Source: Euryarchaeota archaeon UBA52
Lineage (GTDB): Archaea > Thermoplasmatota > Poseidoniia > Poseidoniales > Thalassarchaeaceae
Length of the DNA: 64,000 bases
Direction of reading: 5' to 3'
Assembly: GCA_002505455.1 (NCBI GenBank)
Contig: DAVB01000060.1
Coordinates: 1-64,000, forward strand
Within the stretch, counting starts at the first letter, position 1. Each line of letters starts with the position of its first letter. This document shows positions 28,698 through 38,230 of the stretch, in pieces. Below the pieces are notes generated by a model. That model was not told the origin of the DNA and did no database searches. It saw only the letters and a program-made list of their open reading frames with translations. The position numbers and the translations under genes were made by a program.

Positions 28698-28970
28698 TCA
28701 TATCAGTGGTCGTCTTAGCCGTAAAACTCCGAAAATTATTGAGGAAATACACGTCAATGCTGCTAAATTAGCCATAATAATCGATGGAGATTTGATTAAG
28801 ATACCATAGATTAGCCAAGCAACTAACGCCGTTGCCACTAGACCAAAAGTTGGTACTGAGATTCCCTCGTGCCTTTCCAAAATCCAGACTTCTTTGATTT
28901 GGGGTATCCATGCAACAACTCCAAGGACACCTGCAAATAGGCCAATCAACTCAACCCAAAGAGCAGCCAT
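28698..28970 (-). CDS. SemiSWEET-like (PQ-loop) 3-TM sugar transporter
   Basis: 90 aa with three predicted helices. The WIPQI PQ-loop motif sits in TM1, as in bacterial SemiSWEETs. Confidence 0.55.
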   Translation of the reverse strand: MAALWVELIGLFAGVLGVVAWIPQIKEVWILERHEGISVPTFGLVATALVAWLIYGILIKSPSIIMANLAALTCISSIIFGVLRLRRPLI

Positions 28971-29750
28971 TCATTCACCGAGTCCCGGTATCACTCTTCC
29001 TTCCATTCCGCCTGAAACCTCAATCACTTGGCCAGAGATATGGCCGCTAGCCGCCTCTGAAAGAAGGAAGGCAACCGACCCAGCAACATCATCCGGGGAT
29101 GCAAGCTTCTTCATCGACATAGTCAGCATTGCATTGCTAGCAATTTCTTGATCAATACCCGATTCGATTTTTGAATCTGTAAGAGTCCAACCTGGTGCTA
29201 CAGCATTTACTCTAATCGAAGTTCCTGAAACATCGTTTTTGAGAGTACGAAGAAGACCACTTGTAATTGCTCCCTTTGCAGTTGCATAATCTGAGTGCCC
29301 CCTCTCCCCGTGGATCCCGGCCGTCGATCCAATTAGCACAAGACTCCCCTCTCCCCTTGCCATCGCCTTCCTGAGAAAACCCTGCGCCGTTAGAACGGTA
29401 ATGCCTAGATTCGATTCGAGTGTGGAATTCCATCGATCTTCAGAGATTTCCCATATGGGCATAGGTTTTGGAGGATACAATCCAGCGTTAGCGACACAGC
29501 ATTGCAACGCTCCGATCTTATCTTCGATTTGGTCAAACATTTTGTTGACATCGTCTTTTCTTCTAAGGTCTGCATAGACAGCAACCCCATCTATTTCATC
29601 AGCCAGACTTTCAGCTTCAGATTTCGAAGTGTGATAATGTACGATAATGCTGCCTCCCCGCTTAGCGAGACACCGACATATCGCTCTACCTATGCCCCCT
29701 GCTCCACCAGTTACCAGAATGGTCTTACCTTCCAAACTCATTAAAATCAC
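28971..29750 (-). CDS. Short-chain dehydrogenase/reductase (3-oxoacyl-ACP reductase-like)
   Basis: KTILVTGGAGGIGRAI, NAGL, and catalytic YATAK in …SDYATAKGAI…. Confidence 0.85.
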   Translation of the reverse strand: MILMSLEGKTILVTGGAGGIGRAICRCLAKRGGSIIVHYHTSKSEAESLADEIDGVAVYADLRRKDDVNKMFDQIEDKIGALQCCVANAGLYPPKPMPIWEISEDRWNSTLESNLGITVLTAQGFLRKAMARGEGSLVLIGSTAGIHGERGHSDYATAKGAITSGLLRTLKNDVSGTSIRVNAVAPGWTLTDSKIESGIDQEIASNAMLTMSMKKLASPDDVAGSVAFLLSEAASGHISGQVIEVSGGMEGRVIPGLGE

Positions 29751-30643
29751 ATACCAAGATCGTCCCTATCTTTCTTCTCACCCGCATTCCATTCGTAAAT
29801 CCCTCGCCCAGTTTTTCTTCCGAGGTCCCCCGCATTGACGAGCTGATCTAGAAGAGGGTGTGGGAGATACGAGTCGTTTTCGAAAGATTCTGCTAAACCG
29901 TTTAGTATGTCTCTCCGGACATCAAGGCCGACAAGATCTGAAAGCTCCAGTGGCCCCATCGGATGGCGATATCCGAGCCTCATGGCCGTGTCAATGTCAG
30001 ATGCCGATGCAACGCCTTCTGCAAGCATTCTAATCGCCTCATTTCCAAGTACAACTCCAAGGCGACTAGTTGCAAAACCCGGAACGTCTTTTACTACGAT
30101 AGAGGTTTTCCCCATCTTATCTGCTGCATATTTTGCAATATCCACTGTTCTATCAGAGGTCTCTTCATGTCGTATAATTTCCACAAGTGGCATTAGAGGC
30201 ACGGGATTGAAGAAGTGCATCCCAACAACTCTTTCCGGTTTCTGGGTCGATCTTGAGATTTCTTCCACACTTAGACTGGAAGTATTAGTCGCAAGTATTG
30301 CATTCTCATCCGCTAAACGATCAAGAGATTTGAAAATATCACTTTTCAGATCCATTCTTTCTGGAACCGCTTCAATAATCAAATCACTCCCCGACACAGC
30401 CTGTTCAAGGGTCGAGGGGATAATGTTCAACCTCCACTTATCAACCATTTTCGGATCGGTCTTTCCTTTTTGAACACCCTTTGACCAGAACTCTTCGATA
30501 CGAAGTATGCCTGCTTCAACTCCTCCTGCCAGTGCATCGTGAAGCCGTACTTCCCAGCCTATCTGAGAACAAACTTGAGCAATACCGGCACCCATCGTGC
30601 CCGCGCCAATCACTCCAACTGTGCCTATCGGACTGTCGCCCAT
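29747..30643 (-). CDS. 3-hydroxyacyl-CoA (3-hydroxybutyryl-CoA) dehydrogenase
   Basis: VGVIGAGTMGAGIAQV Rossmann motif, …MHFFNPVPLMPLVEIIR and …NEAIRMLAEGVAS…. Confidence 0.9.
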   Translation of the reverse strand: MGDSPIGTVGVIGAGTMGAGIAQVCSQIGWEVRLHDALAGGVEAGILRIEEFWSKGVQKGKTDPKMVDKWRLNIIPSTLEQAVSGSDLIIEAVPERMDLKSDIFKSLDRLADENAILATNTSSLSVEEISRSTQKPERVVGMHFFNPVPLMPLVEIIRHEETSDRTVDIAKYAADKMGKTSIVVKDVPGFATSRLGVVLGNEAIRMLAEGVASASDIDTAMRLGYRHPMGPLELSDLVGLDVRRDILNGLAESFENDSYLPHPLLDQLVNAGDLGRKTGRGIYEWNAGEKKDRDDLGM

Positions 30644-30669
30644 ATGCCTGCAACACCGTGGTCAGGATT

Positions 30670-31272
30670 TCAGGCTTCGCGGCCGTACTGTGCTATGGCT
30701 GCCTGAAATAGACGTTGACGAGGTACATCGTGCTCGAGGAAGCATGTGAAGGGTGCTAAATCCTTAATCAACTCAATAGTTCCAACATATGCTCCGTAGA
30801 TGAAAGGATCAGCTCTTTGGGTATCCGGGATATCGAAGCCTAGGGCCTTCAATCCCTTGCGTGTATCTTGATCCCATATTGTGTATGTGTGGCTGGTGAA
30901 ATGCAGATATGCCGATATCCTTCGAACATCCTCTATGATTATGTCATCTAAACTTTCTAGCAGTAGGGTATCCGGATATCTGACGGCTAGAAGAAACAGT
31001 CTGAGCATTAGATCCTGATCTTGGTTCAATCTCCTGTGCTCGAGTCCCATCCAATCGTCAATCATACCGAGCATATCGCTCGTGAGCGGCCTGTGGATCC
31101 TATACAGGAGCTCTTCGTACATTTCCGGTTTTGATTCTGGATCGTTATGATATCTATCGAAGAGTTCTGGAACCCTTTCGAAGAACGGCGAGAGTAAATC
31201 CCTGTCAACATTTAGAAGAGCATGAGTTTGCATAATCAACCACCTTCCCGAAAGGAGAGTTACCCCTTCCAC
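30670..31272 (-). CDS. Hypothetical protein. Its start overlaps the stop of the upstream BoxB-like gene by 13 nt, so they are probably translationally coupled.
   Basis: 200 aa with no recognised motif. It sits between the di-iron oxygenase-like gene and the 3-hydroxyacyl-CoA dehydrogenase in the same operon. Confidence 0.45.
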   Translation of the reverse strand: MEGVTLLSGRWLIMQTHALLNVDRDLLSPFFERVPELFDRYHNDPESKPEMYEELLYRIHRPLTSDMLGMIDDWMGLEHRRLNQDQDLMLRLFLLAVRYPDTLLLESLDDIIIEDVRRISAYLHFTSHTYTIWDQDTRKGLKALGFDIPDTQRADPFIYGAYVGTIELIKDLAPFTCFLEHDVPRQRLFQAAIAQYGREA

Positions 31273-32405
31273 TCACGATATTGAATCCATTCTACACCGG
31301 GAGCCATGTATTCTTCTACCAGCTTTCGCTCATCTTCATCAGATGGCAGGACTTCAGCAAGATAATCCGCATATTCTTCTTCACTGCCTTCGAATTCTTC
31401 TCCCATTACAGTGTATAACTTTCCAGAATACTTCCCTATTCCGCGATTGAATTTATCTGAGGGGATGTAAAGCTCCGGATCTCCTTCCGGCCGACCTTTG
31501 CTTATACGGGCCATTTCAGCTTTGATTTCGTCGAAATATAGTCCACGGCTCGCCTCATTCAGATGGTCTCTATCAGCATCATCATTAGATTCCCGTTCAT
31601 CGTACCTGCCCTTTACCCCATAGACATACGCCCACTGTGCCGAAGTAGACTCATCTGTCCCGAAAAGGTCGAGACCCGTGCTAACCCACTTATTGACATA
31701 TTTCTGAAGGAATGAAGTCGGTATAACGCCTGCCTTGACTATTCTTCTGAGACCATTCGCACCTGTTCCGAGATGGAAGGACTCTTCTTTGAGCATCGGA
31801 CCCATTGATGCTGCTAGAGGTTGGAAAGAGCTAGTGGATAGCATCTTTAGTTGGTATTTCCCATCTCGATCGATAAAATGAGTAAAACAGAAGAAGTCGA
31901 GCCAGTGATCGATTGGAGCATTGAATGAACCCAGAAGCCTTGTTCCATCCTGTGCATTCCTTTCCAGAAGCTTAGCCGCCTCACGAACTCCCTGCTCGCC
32001 GAAGTAAGTGCAGAGAAGATAGGCCATCTGCCAACCATGTCGCTGCTCTTCGCACATGATCCTAAGAGCTGATTTTCGATCATACTCAGTTGGCGCTGTC
32101 GCAAGAAGATGATTTTGCTGCTCTACCGAGGCAAATTCCGTATCGCCCTGGACGCTAATCATTGTGATAATCGCATCTCGGATGTTCTGTTGGGGTATCT
32201 GCATCCTTCGACTCCACTTCGGCATCCCTTCAAAATCTCCGAATTCAATGCTGTCTCCAGCAGAGATCCAATCGAATCTGATTTCAAATCTGTAATCTCC
32301 AAGCCAAGCAGGATCGAATCCAATTCTAGTTTGCCATTCATGAAACTCCTGAACCCAGCCTTCGAAGTTTGGAGTGTAGCCCTCGACAATTTCAGTCCTG
32401 CCCAT
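31260..32405 (-). CDS. Ferritin-like di-iron carboxylate protein, BoxB (benzoyl-CoA 2,3-epoxidase subunit B)-like / acyl-CoA oxygenase-like
   Basis: The carboxylate/His pattern read from the translation is E(TEFASV)-x29-EEQRH-x57-D(IDRD)-x~28-EESFH. That is two ExxH motifs about 87 residues apart with an intervening Asp, the ligand spacing I recall for BoxB-type class I di-iron enzymes. 381 aa. Not database-verified. Confidence 0.55.
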   Translation of the reverse strand: MGRTEIVEGYTPNFEGWVQEFHEWQTRIGFDPAWLGDYRFEIRFDWISAGDSIEFGDFEGMPKWSRRMQIPQQNIRDAIITMISVQGDTEFASVEQQNHLLATAPTEYDRKSALRIMCEEQRHGWQMAYLLCTYFGEQGVREAAKLLERNAQDGTRLLGSFNAPIDHWLDFFCFTHFIDRDGKYQLKMLSTSSFQPLAASMGPMLKEESFHLGTGANGLRRIVKAGVIPTSFLQKYVNKWVSTGLDLFGTDESTSAQWAYVYGVKGRYDERESNDDADRDHLNEASRGLYFDEIKAEMARISKGRPEGDPELYIPSDKFNRGIGKYSGKLYTVMGEEFEGSEEEYADYLAEVLPSDEDERKLVEEYMAPGVEWIQYREWKG

Positions 32406-32503
32406 GACCCTATGACTGCTAGGTCGTATTTCAAGTTCAGGCTTCTACCATCAAAATTCTACTATCAAATATCTAAGCATAGCATCGTCATTGGAAACAG
32501 ATT

Positions 32504-33364
32504 TTACTGCCCGGTGAATTTGGGGGTTTTCTTGTCAACATACGCCGCTATACCCGCTTTCGCATCATCTGATTGGAAGAGATCGGATTGTAACTCGCGT
32601 TCCAGTGCAAGGTGATATTCCAATGGTATCTCAAGACCGCTCTGCACGCTCCTTTTGATATTTCCAATTGCCTTTGCAGCAGCAAACGGAAGAGAGAACT
32701 GCCCTGCATAGTCAAGGACATCTTGGCGGAATTCCTCCAGACTCATACTATCATACACATCGTGCACGAGCGCCATATCTTTTGCTTCCTCGAATTGGAA
32801 TTTCCTTCCAGTAACCATGATCTCCATTGATTTTGCCTTTCCTACTAATCGCGAAAGCCTAGCAGTGCCACCAGTACCAGCCAAAACTCCGAGTGAGACC
32901 TCTGGAAGACCGACTTGGAAATTTCCTTTACGAGCAATTCTGATGTCTGCCGCCATTGCGATTTCAAGCCCACCGCCTACGGTGTGTCCGTTCAGTGCGG
33001 CGACAACGAGCTTAGGCGTCTGCTCAAGCCGACTCAATGTCTCATTGGCATGGAGGCAAAAGAAGTACTTGTAGCGAGGAGTAAGCCGATTTAGATATTT
33101 TATGCTAGCACCTGCTGAGAAGAATTTATCTCCATGCCCTGTTATCAGAATAACACTTACTTCGTCATCGAAACGTGCGCTCAATACCGCATCATCTATG
33201 TCGTGCCACATTTCTCTGGTGTATGTATTAACTGCGGTTTTCCCTTCTTCAAGAGGCGCACCATCAGAGTCTGATATCAACTCTATAATGGCAATACCAT
33301 TGTCAGTCACGCCATAGTTGACGAGTCTATTCTTCATTGGGGTAAGTTCGGGCCATTCAGCCAT
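32504..33364 (-). CDS. Enoyl-CoA hydratase/isomerase family protein
   Basis: VILITGHGDKFFSAGASIKY and ALNGHTVGGGLEIAMAADIRIA. Confidence 0.85.
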   Translation of the reverse strand: MAEWPELTPMKNRLVNYGVTDNGIAIIELISDSDGAPLEEGKTAVNTYTREMWHDIDDAVLSARFDDEVSVILITGHGDKFFSAGASIKYLNRLTPRYKYFFCLHANETLSRLEQTPKLVVAALNGHTVGGGLEIAMAADIRIARKGNFQVGLPEVSLGVLAGTGGTARLSRLVGKAKSMEIMVTGRKFQFEEAKDMALVHDVYDSMSLEEFRQDVLDYAGQFSLPFAAAKAIGNIKRSVQSGLEIPLEYHLALERELQSDLFQSDDAKAGIAAYVDKKTPKFTGQ

Positions 33365-33425
33365 GCATCACCGGCCTCAAACGCCCATATCAACCAAGCG
33401 ATTAACAAGTTTGGATATCGAAGAG

Positions 33426-34649
33426 TCACTGATCAGAACTGCTGAAAGAAGTCTTAGCACCCTTCTTCTGTATCTTTTTCCATTGTTCGGATACTTCCAT
33501 GGCCTCAGTGCTCGGCTCCCATGCGTCTCTCTTGAGCGCTTTTCGAAAAGGCATACGGAGATGCCGGCGTCCATCTGAAGACGCACCTCTCCTTAACATC
33601 GCCAACCGAGCAACGGGCCATATCATCCTCCTCAACAGCCCCGGCTCGTAAATTCGCCTCATGAATCGCAATCCATCCCCTGAACGTTTCTGATCTCTCA
33701 TCCAGTATCTTGCTACTGCCTTGAACCCCCTGTCTCCCATTCTGTTCATCAAGAATCGATTAGTCGCACTCGCCTTAACCAATGGGAGAAGACGCCTCCG
33801 AACCTCCTCTTCATAATCGATCTCCCCCATGATTGATTTCGCTGCCAGAACTCCGCTAGTTATCGCATACCGCATTCCGAAGCCCCACATGAAATCCTGA
33901 AGCCCACCCGCTTCTCCGACGTAATGGCGACCATCAACGATGTAACGATCCGGTATTGAGAAATCTCCCTTTCCGCCGACTCGCTTGATGGGTACTCTGT
34001 CTAATTTGTAGTAGCGTTCATACCATGCTATTGTCTCATCAAGGAAACGCCCACTCTTACGCTGTTTCCTCCATAGACACGTGCAAATTAATCCAATACC
34101 ATCGATGATTATCATGTAGCTGTAGGCTCCTGGAGCAAGTTTGTCATTGAGCTGAAATGTTACATGATTCTCATGACTGGTCTTGAATATCTCTCCGAAT
34201 GCTACTGCACTCGATTGCTTCGGTCCGGCTGCTATTATGTCACATTCTGAAGGGTCCTTCTTGACCCCATAGTGAATTGTGGCACCAGCTGATTTTGCCA
34301 TTTCTTTGAATCCTTGGTCTATGCAGTGCTTATCTGTCCCCCGTTCCACTACTCTAAATGCGATACCGTCTGTGATTGGATTTGTTATTACATCATCAGG
34401 GTGGACCAGGTCAACTATGCTGAATGGGTCCGATTTGAAGGCCTCAGGATCAAGACCCCAATCACGCATCTCATCAAAGAAGTCGTTTTGAGAAGTCCAA
34501 TTCTCGATTCCTTGAAAGTCACCATCAAACCGGGCCCCACTATCTTTCCGTATCTCATGAACATGAACTTCCCTTCCTGCTTTAGCAAGAATAGTCGCGG
34601 CCGCAAGGCCGGAAAGACCCGCCCCGAGTATGTCCACTCTTTCACCCAC
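33426..34649 (-). CDS. FAD-dependent oxidoreductase, geranylgeranyl-reductase family
   Basis: VDILGAGLSGLAAATILAKAGREVHVHE dinucleotide fold. C-terminal …VGEAGGLQDFMWGFGMRYAITSG (GD-type FAD motif). 407 aa with an Arg-rich tail. Confidence 0.7.
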   Translation of the reverse strand: MGERVDILGAGLSGLAAATILAKAGREVHVHEIRKDSGARFDGDFQGIENWTSQNDFFDEMRDWGLDPEAFKSDPFSIVDLVHPDDVITNPITDGIAFRVVERGTDKHCIDQGFKEMAKSAGATIHYGVKKDPSECDIIAAGPKQSSAVAFGEIFKTSHENHVTFQLNDKLAPGAYSYMIIIDGIGLICTCLWRKQRKSGRFLDETIAWYERYYKLDRVPIKRVGGKGDFSIPDRYIVDGRHYVGEAGGLQDFMWGFGMRYAITSGVLAAKSIMGEIDYEEEVRRRLLPLVKASATNRFLMNRMGDRGFKAVARYWMRDQKRSGDGLRFMRRIYEPGLLRRMIWPVARLAMLRRGASSDGRRHLRMPFRKALKRDAWEPSTEAMEVSEQWKKIQKKGAKTSFSSSDQ

Positions 34650-34707
34650 GTTATTCCACCTCGTCTGATAGAGATAGCCCTATCCCTCAGATTCGTGTCC
34701 GCCAGCC

Positions 34708-35127
34708 ATGGTCGTCGAGGTCATCGTCACAGAGAGTCCACTCGATCCTTCTAATTTGATGACAATGATTGATTCGGACGGTGCTGGAGCAGTCGCGTCT
34801 TTCATCGGACTTGTTCGACCGAGTCATGGTGATGAACAAGTAATGGGACTCGAGTTTGAGGCATGGGGAAGCAGACTTCCTGCAATCTTACGGGAAATCG
34901 GAAAGAGGGCTGTTGAAGAGCAGAATCTAAGATCAATAGTCATAGCACACAGAATCGGCTATGTCGAACCTGGTGAAACAATCGTTTGCATACATGCATC
35001 GGCGAATCACCGGGCTCAGGCTTTTGCTGCTTGTAGTTGGACCATCGACGAACTAAAACGCCAAGCACCAATATGGAAGAAGGAGATCCGTTCAAGTGGC
35101 GAATATTGGATAGAGGGACTTGGTTGA
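34708..35127 (+). CDS. moaE: Molybdopterin synthase catalytic subunit MoaE
   Basis: …GAVASFIGLVR…AHRIGYVEPGETIVCIHASANHRAQAFAACSWTIDELKRQAPIWKKE is the conserved MoaE core including PIWKKE. Confidence 0.85.
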   Translation: MVVEVIVTESPLDPSNLMTMIDSDGAGAVASFIGLVRPSHGDEQVMGLEFEAWGSRLPAILREIGKRAVEEQNLRSIVIAHRIGYVEPGETIVCIHASANHRAQAFAACSWTIDELKRQAPIWKKEIRSSGEYWIEGLG

Positions 35128-35170
35128 GATATGTCCGAGCGCCTAAGTACCCCCACGTGGAGAGAGATGT

Positions 35171-35626
35171 ATGCCGAATAACCCGTCAGTCGTTGATATT
35201 GGTTCAAAAAAACCGATGTTTCGCCGAGCAATTGCAACCGGGGTACTGGTGGTCCCTCCACGGGTATTGGAAATAGCACTGGAGGGCATGACCTCCAAAG
35301 GAGACCTCAGAACGTCATCGACAATTGCTGCTATTATGGCAGTTAAGAATACGCCTACATCCCTTCCGCATTGTCACCCAATTCCTATAGATAGCTGCAC
35401 CGTGGACTGGGAAGACGATAATCTTGGTTTGAGATGTACTGTTACTGTGACTTCCACGGCAAAAACGGGGGTCGAAATGGAGGCCCTATGTGGCGTATCA
35501 GCAGGACTACTTTGCGCTCTCGATATGCTAAAGCCAATCCTCAAGGACCCTGAGGGGCAGTATCCAGGAACCTCAATAGAAGGAATACGGGTATTATCGA
35601 AGCATAAGCATCCTGCGCAGGATTGA
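35171..35626 (+). CDS. moaC: Cyclic pyranopterin monophosphate synthase MoaC
   Basis: …KGDLRTSSTIAAIMAVKNTPTSLPHCHPIPI… and …ALCGVSAGLLCALDM… are MoaC signature blocks. Confidence 0.85.
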   Translation: MPNNPSVVDIGSKKPMFRRAIATGVLVVPPRVLEIALEGMTSKGDLRTSSTIAAIMAVKNTPTSLPHCHPIPIDSCTVDWEDDNLGLRCTVTVTSTAKTGVEMEALCGVSAGLLCALDMLKPILKDPEGQYPGTSIEGIRVLSKHKHPAQD

Positions 35627-35651
35627 TTGCTACCCCCCTCTACAACAGGCT

Positions 35652-36599
35652 GTGCCAGTTTACGATTTCACGGAGGATTTCCTTCGCGCCACATCTTCAG
35701 CCGCAGCTGCGGCCTATGGTTGGATAGGCAAGGGAGACGGAAAAGCCGCAGATGGAGCAGCCGTCGAGGCAATGCGTGATGTTTTCGATACGATTCCATT
35801 CGATGGCAGAGTTGCTATCGGAGAGGGGGAGCGAGATGATGCTCCCATGCTCTGGATTGGTGAGCCATTGGGCTCAAGTCAGGGGCTGGAGGATGCTCAA
35901 AGGATAGACATAGCAGTAGATCCTCTTGAATGCACCAATCATGTTGCAAATGATCTGCCCAATGCCATGGCCGTTCTAGCCGCAGCTCCCAGGGGCGCCT
36001 TACTCCACGCGCCTGATTGTTATATGGATAAGATTGCAGGCCCCTCGATATTGAAAGGCGAAATTAGTCTAGAAGGGTCCACACAGTACAACCTAGAAGC
36101 GACAAGTCACGTACTTGACCGCCCAATATCTGATTTGACTGTGGTAGTGATGGACCGCCCTCGACATACGGATCTAATTTCAAGAATAGAAGGAATGGGG
36201 GCTAATGTTCGATTGATTGGCGACGGAGACATAGCAGCAGCACTCGATGCAGCAGACCCCGAATCTAATACCGATCTTTTGATGGGTATAGGAGCAGCAC
36301 CTGAGGGAGTAATCACTGCTACAGCACTTCGCGGTATTGATGCCCCCTTTGAAGGACGACTCGTAACCACAACAGAAGAGCATCAAGATAGAGCATTGAA
36401 GATGGTCGGAGACCGAATCAACGATATTTGGGATCGAGACGAACTGTGCGCTTCTTCAGATGCAGTATACATCGGATCGGGAGTTTGCACCGGAAGGATA
36501 CCCGGAGTACGAAAGAACCAGGAAGGCAACATGATCGTAACTTCAGAGGTTATTGATGTCAAATCATCAACTAGATCGATTGTAGAAAGTACCCTATAA
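35652..36599 (+). CDS. glpX: Fructose-1,6-bisphosphatase class II (GlpX)
   Basis: …LRATSSAAAAAYGWIGKGDGKAADGAAVEAMR… matches the GlpX N-terminal block. 315 aa. Confidence 0.85.
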   Translation: MPVYDFTEDFLRATSSAAAAAYGWIGKGDGKAADGAAVEAMRDVFDTIPFDGRVAIGEGERDDAPMLWIGEPLGSSQGLEDAQRIDIAVDPLECTNHVANDLPNAMAVLAAAPRGALLHAPDCYMDKIAGPSILKGEISLEGSTQYNLEATSHVLDRPISDLTVVVMDRPRHTDLISRIEGMGANVRLIGDGDIAAALDAADPESNTDLLMGIGAAPEGVITATALRGIDAPFEGRLVTTTEEHQDRALKMVGDRINDIWDRDELCASSDAVYIGSGVCTGRIPGVRKNQEGNMIVTSEVIDVKSSTRSIVESTL

Positions 36600-36657
36600 T
36601 GAAGTTGCTCAAGGCGATGCCTTCATTTCCATCCCTCTTGTAGCCGTTCTGTAGAAT

Positions 36658-37665
36658 ATGTCGCCCCAGTCATTAGAACAAATCGCACAAGACCTAGTCG
36701 CACCCGGTAAAGGCATTCTTGCGGCCGATGAAAGCAATGGTACGATGTCAAAACGGTTGGAGGCAGTTAATATCGAACCGAGCGAGCATACTCGGAGAGC
36801 ATATAGATCAGCCATGCTTTCATCAGAAGGAATTAATCAGTACATCTCAGGAGTGATACTGTTTGATGAGACTATACGTCAGAAAATGGATGATGGAACT
36901 CCAATACCCGATTATCTGATTTCTAAGGGAATCATTCCTGGCATAAAGGTGGACACGGGTGCCAAGCCACTTTCATGGCATGAAGGTGAGACTGTTACCG
37001 AGGGTCTTGATGGATTGAGGGGCAGATGCGAAGAATACTATCGTATGGGCGCAAGATTCGCCAAGTGGAGGGCCGTCATCAAGATATCTGGAGACCTTCC
37101 AAGCGCCGCCGCAATCTCAGTAAACGCACATGCACTTGCAAGATATGCTGCTATATGCCAAGAACAGGGCATAGTCCCGATTATCGAACCTGAAGTTTTG
37201 ATGACAGGGCCCCATGGATTAGAACAGTGCGCTTCAACCACGTCTAGAATATTGGATGCGGTATATTCAGAGTGCAAAGTTCAGGGAGTCAATCTCAGAG
37301 GTACTATCCTCAAACCCAATATGATATTACCAGGCTCAGAAGCTGAAAAGGCCGATACACGAACTGTTGCAAGGGCAACTGCAGAGGTGCTGAAAGCCAT
37401 GGTCCCACAAGAAGTTGCAGGAGTCGCATTTTTGTCAGGCGGACAATCGGATGTAGATGCGACATCTCATCTTAATGAGATCAACTTGATTATTGGAAAT
37501 GCTCCTTGGCCGTTGACGTTTTCATTTGGTCGCGCACTTCTTGCAGATGCTCTGTCGCTATGGTCAAAGTCAGATCTGGACGGCGCTCAGGCGAAACTCC
37601 GCCATCGCTCCAAGATGAATGCTCTTGCAGCAGCAGGAACTTGGTCATCAGACCTTGAAGTATGA
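36658..37665 (+). CDS. fba: Fructose-bisphosphate aldolase, class I (eukaryote/bacterial type)
   Basis: GKGILAADESNGTMSKRL, the IPGIKVDTG Schiff-base Lys region, and ILEPEV-like IIEPEVLMTG. 335 aa. Confidence 0.9.
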   Translation: MSPQSLEQIAQDLVAPGKGILAADESNGTMSKRLEAVNIEPSEHTRRAYRSAMLSSEGINQYISGVILFDETIRQKMDDGTPIPDYLISKGIIPGIKVDTGAKPLSWHEGETVTEGLDGLRGRCEEYYRMGARFAKWRAVIKISGDLPSAAAISVNAHALARYAAICQEQGIVPIIEPEVLMTGPHGLEQCASTTSRILDAVYSECKVQGVNLRGTILKPNMILPGSEAEKADTRTVARATAEVLKAMVPQEVAGVAFLSGGQSDVDATSHLNEINLIIGNAPWPLTFSFGRALLADALSLWSKSDLDGAQAKLRHRSKMNALAAAGTWSSDLEV

Positions 37666-37667
37666 GA

Positions 37668-38030
37668 TCATCCTTGGAGCCCAGGATTTCGCTCGTCTTC
37701 TCTCAGAGTCCAGACACATATCTCGTATCTCCCCGAGAGAGCACCTCCTCGCTTCGTCGTCGCTATCTTCCGAATATCTTTGTCTTTCGAGAGAACATTA
37801 CCGAGTTGCTGGGGAGTAGTGCCATGACGCATTGTCGAATTGACATGCTCAAGAATCTCAGTAGTATTCGCCTGACCTCTTTCGTCTAGGAATTTCTTGA
37901 TTTTTTCTCTGAGTCGTGTTGTTCTCATTGATCTGCACCTCCGCTTCAAACGCTTTACCAGAAGGCTATTTGGAAAACTATTGGAGTCTTCCTCAGTAAC
38001 CATCCGCCTCAGCGTTATGACACAGGACAA
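37668..38030 (-). CDS. Small winged-helix DNA-binding protein (likely starts at the internal Met, MRTTRLREKIKKFLDERG…, giving ~86 aa)
   Basis: …KIKKFLDERGQANTTEILEHVNSTMRHGTTPQQLGNVLSKDKDIRKI… resembles an HTH plus wing. Divergent from the 856-aa HTH protein. Confidence 0.4.
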   Translation of the reverse strand: MSCVITLRRMVTEEDSNSFPNSLLVKRLKRRCRSMRTTRLREKIKKFLDERGQANTTEILEHVNSTMRHGTTPQQLGNVLSKDKDIRKIATTKRGGALSGRYEICVWTLREDERNPGLQG

Positions 38031-38110
38031 TCGACCACAATATAACGCTTCTTGGTCGAGTCTGTATTTTGGTTACATCAAGTTGCAGGAATAGACCTCA
38101 TCTTGACTAC

Positions 38111-38122
38111 TTAATGCATCCA
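38111..38122. promoter_or_regulatory. Perfect 12-bp palindrome CCATTGCAATGG (followed by a TAGCTA palindrome) in the AT-rich divergent spacer between the two winged-HTH genes
   Basis: Read directly. The spacer 38031-38230 is ~75 % AT with TAACAT direct repeats. Candidate operator or bidirectional promoter. Confidence 0.4.
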
Positions 38123-38230
38123 TTGCAATGGTAGCTAGTTATTTTCGACTGGAAATATGTAACATAATATAACAAAAATAACATTTTAATAGAATAAATG
38201 TACAGTAAAACACGTTATGATTGACAGGGG

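Noticed and set aside
29907-30473. 188-aa + strand ORF
   Set aside because: It is antisense to the 3-hydroxyacyl-CoA dehydrogenase, which has an unambiguous Rossmann motif. It is a shadow ORF.
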